A stretch of DNA of 64,000 nucleotides. Source: Lingula anatina. Lineage: Eukaryota; Animalia; Brachiopoda. The stretch covers positions 16,824,534 through 16,888,533 of the forward strand of contig CM120644.1 of assembly GCA_051362555.1 (NCBI GenBank), given 5' to 3'. How positions within the stretch are numbered: position 1 is the first letter of the stretch; each line of letters begins with the position of its first letter. The notes under the pieces were generated by a model that was given only the letters and a program-made list of their open reading frames with translations, was not told where the DNA came from and ran no database searches. This document shows, piece by piece, positions 63,647 through 64,000 of this stretch. The position numbers and the translations under genes were made by a program.

Positions 63647-63862
63647 CCATAATAATATGCTGTAGTTTCCTGGAGGGACAGAACGCGGGGGCAGACACAG
63701 GACCTTCTGGTGCAGGCCTCGCATGTGTGCTCCCTGGTAAGTCACCACCGTTCCATTGGTGGCGCTAGCGTTCCTGAACTCCCATCTATACCATAATGCA
63801 TTGCTAATGTCACACTGGACATTGATGTCTGCCTCGAGTCGCAGGGGTTTTGAGAAGACAGT
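63647..63862 (-). CDS. PKD1L1: PKD1L1-like exon (start of REJ region), 216 nt, phase 0-0
   Basis: tttctttactag acceptor; TVFSKPLRLEADINVQCDISNALWYRWEF...LCLPPRSVPPGNYSILLW; gtaaaa donor. Confidence 0.85.
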
Positions 63863-64000
63863 CTAGTAAAGAAAGAAACTTACAGTGAAAGCATATTCAA
63901 CATGGAGAAAAATGGACATATGTTCACAAATAGAATGTTTTTTTTCAGTGCTCGTCAACATATACAGCCCTAACTTCAGTATATACTAAAATAATACAAA

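Larger units (their letters stand above)
13708..63862 (-). other. PKD1L1: Polycystin-1-family (PKD1L1-like) multi-exon gene, partial; 14 coding exons, about 774 codons in window
   Basis: All 14 exons have AG acceptors and GT donors with mutually compatible phases and no internal stops. REJ motifs occur in order: IKGGVMR..LDGTASYDPD, YNWTC, VSIQCKGC..VN..RL..CPDC..YEW, VNESPVYGKCDVRPSNGVELQTTF..CLQWVD, PLEY..LYRG..LPAG. A long low-complexity insertion inside REJ and the ILDRHGSRTTVC..VQVLPR segment resemble vertebrate PKD1L1 as I recall it. Orthology is not tested. Confidence 0.85.

Overview
AT-rich animal genomic DNA, probably an invertebrate judging by the repeat types; the species cannot be assigned from sequence alone. 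Almost the whole window lies inside one minus-strand, intron-rich polycystin-1-family gene most similar to PKD1L1. I assembled 14 GT-AG exons by hand between 63862 and 13708. They join in frame into about 774 codons covering the REJ domain and the helical region after it; the start and end of the gene are not identified here. Introns jump from 0.1-1.7 kb to 4-16.7 kb. One giant intron holds an intact, same-strand, intronless KRBA2/SCAND3-type (Ginger2-like) integrase ORF. It has a substituted catalytic Glu and a duplicated SUMO-motif tail, and it sits between decayed inverted repeats, so it may be a domesticated transposase. The introns also carry many small non-autonomous DNA elements: three families with 5-bp target duplications, one with 6-bp, several PIF/Harbinger-like MITEs including a nested cluster and a 257-bp foldback, and a Helentron-like element with an internal ~143-bp tandem array. 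Most short ORFs in the supplied track are spurious. All alignments were done by eye.
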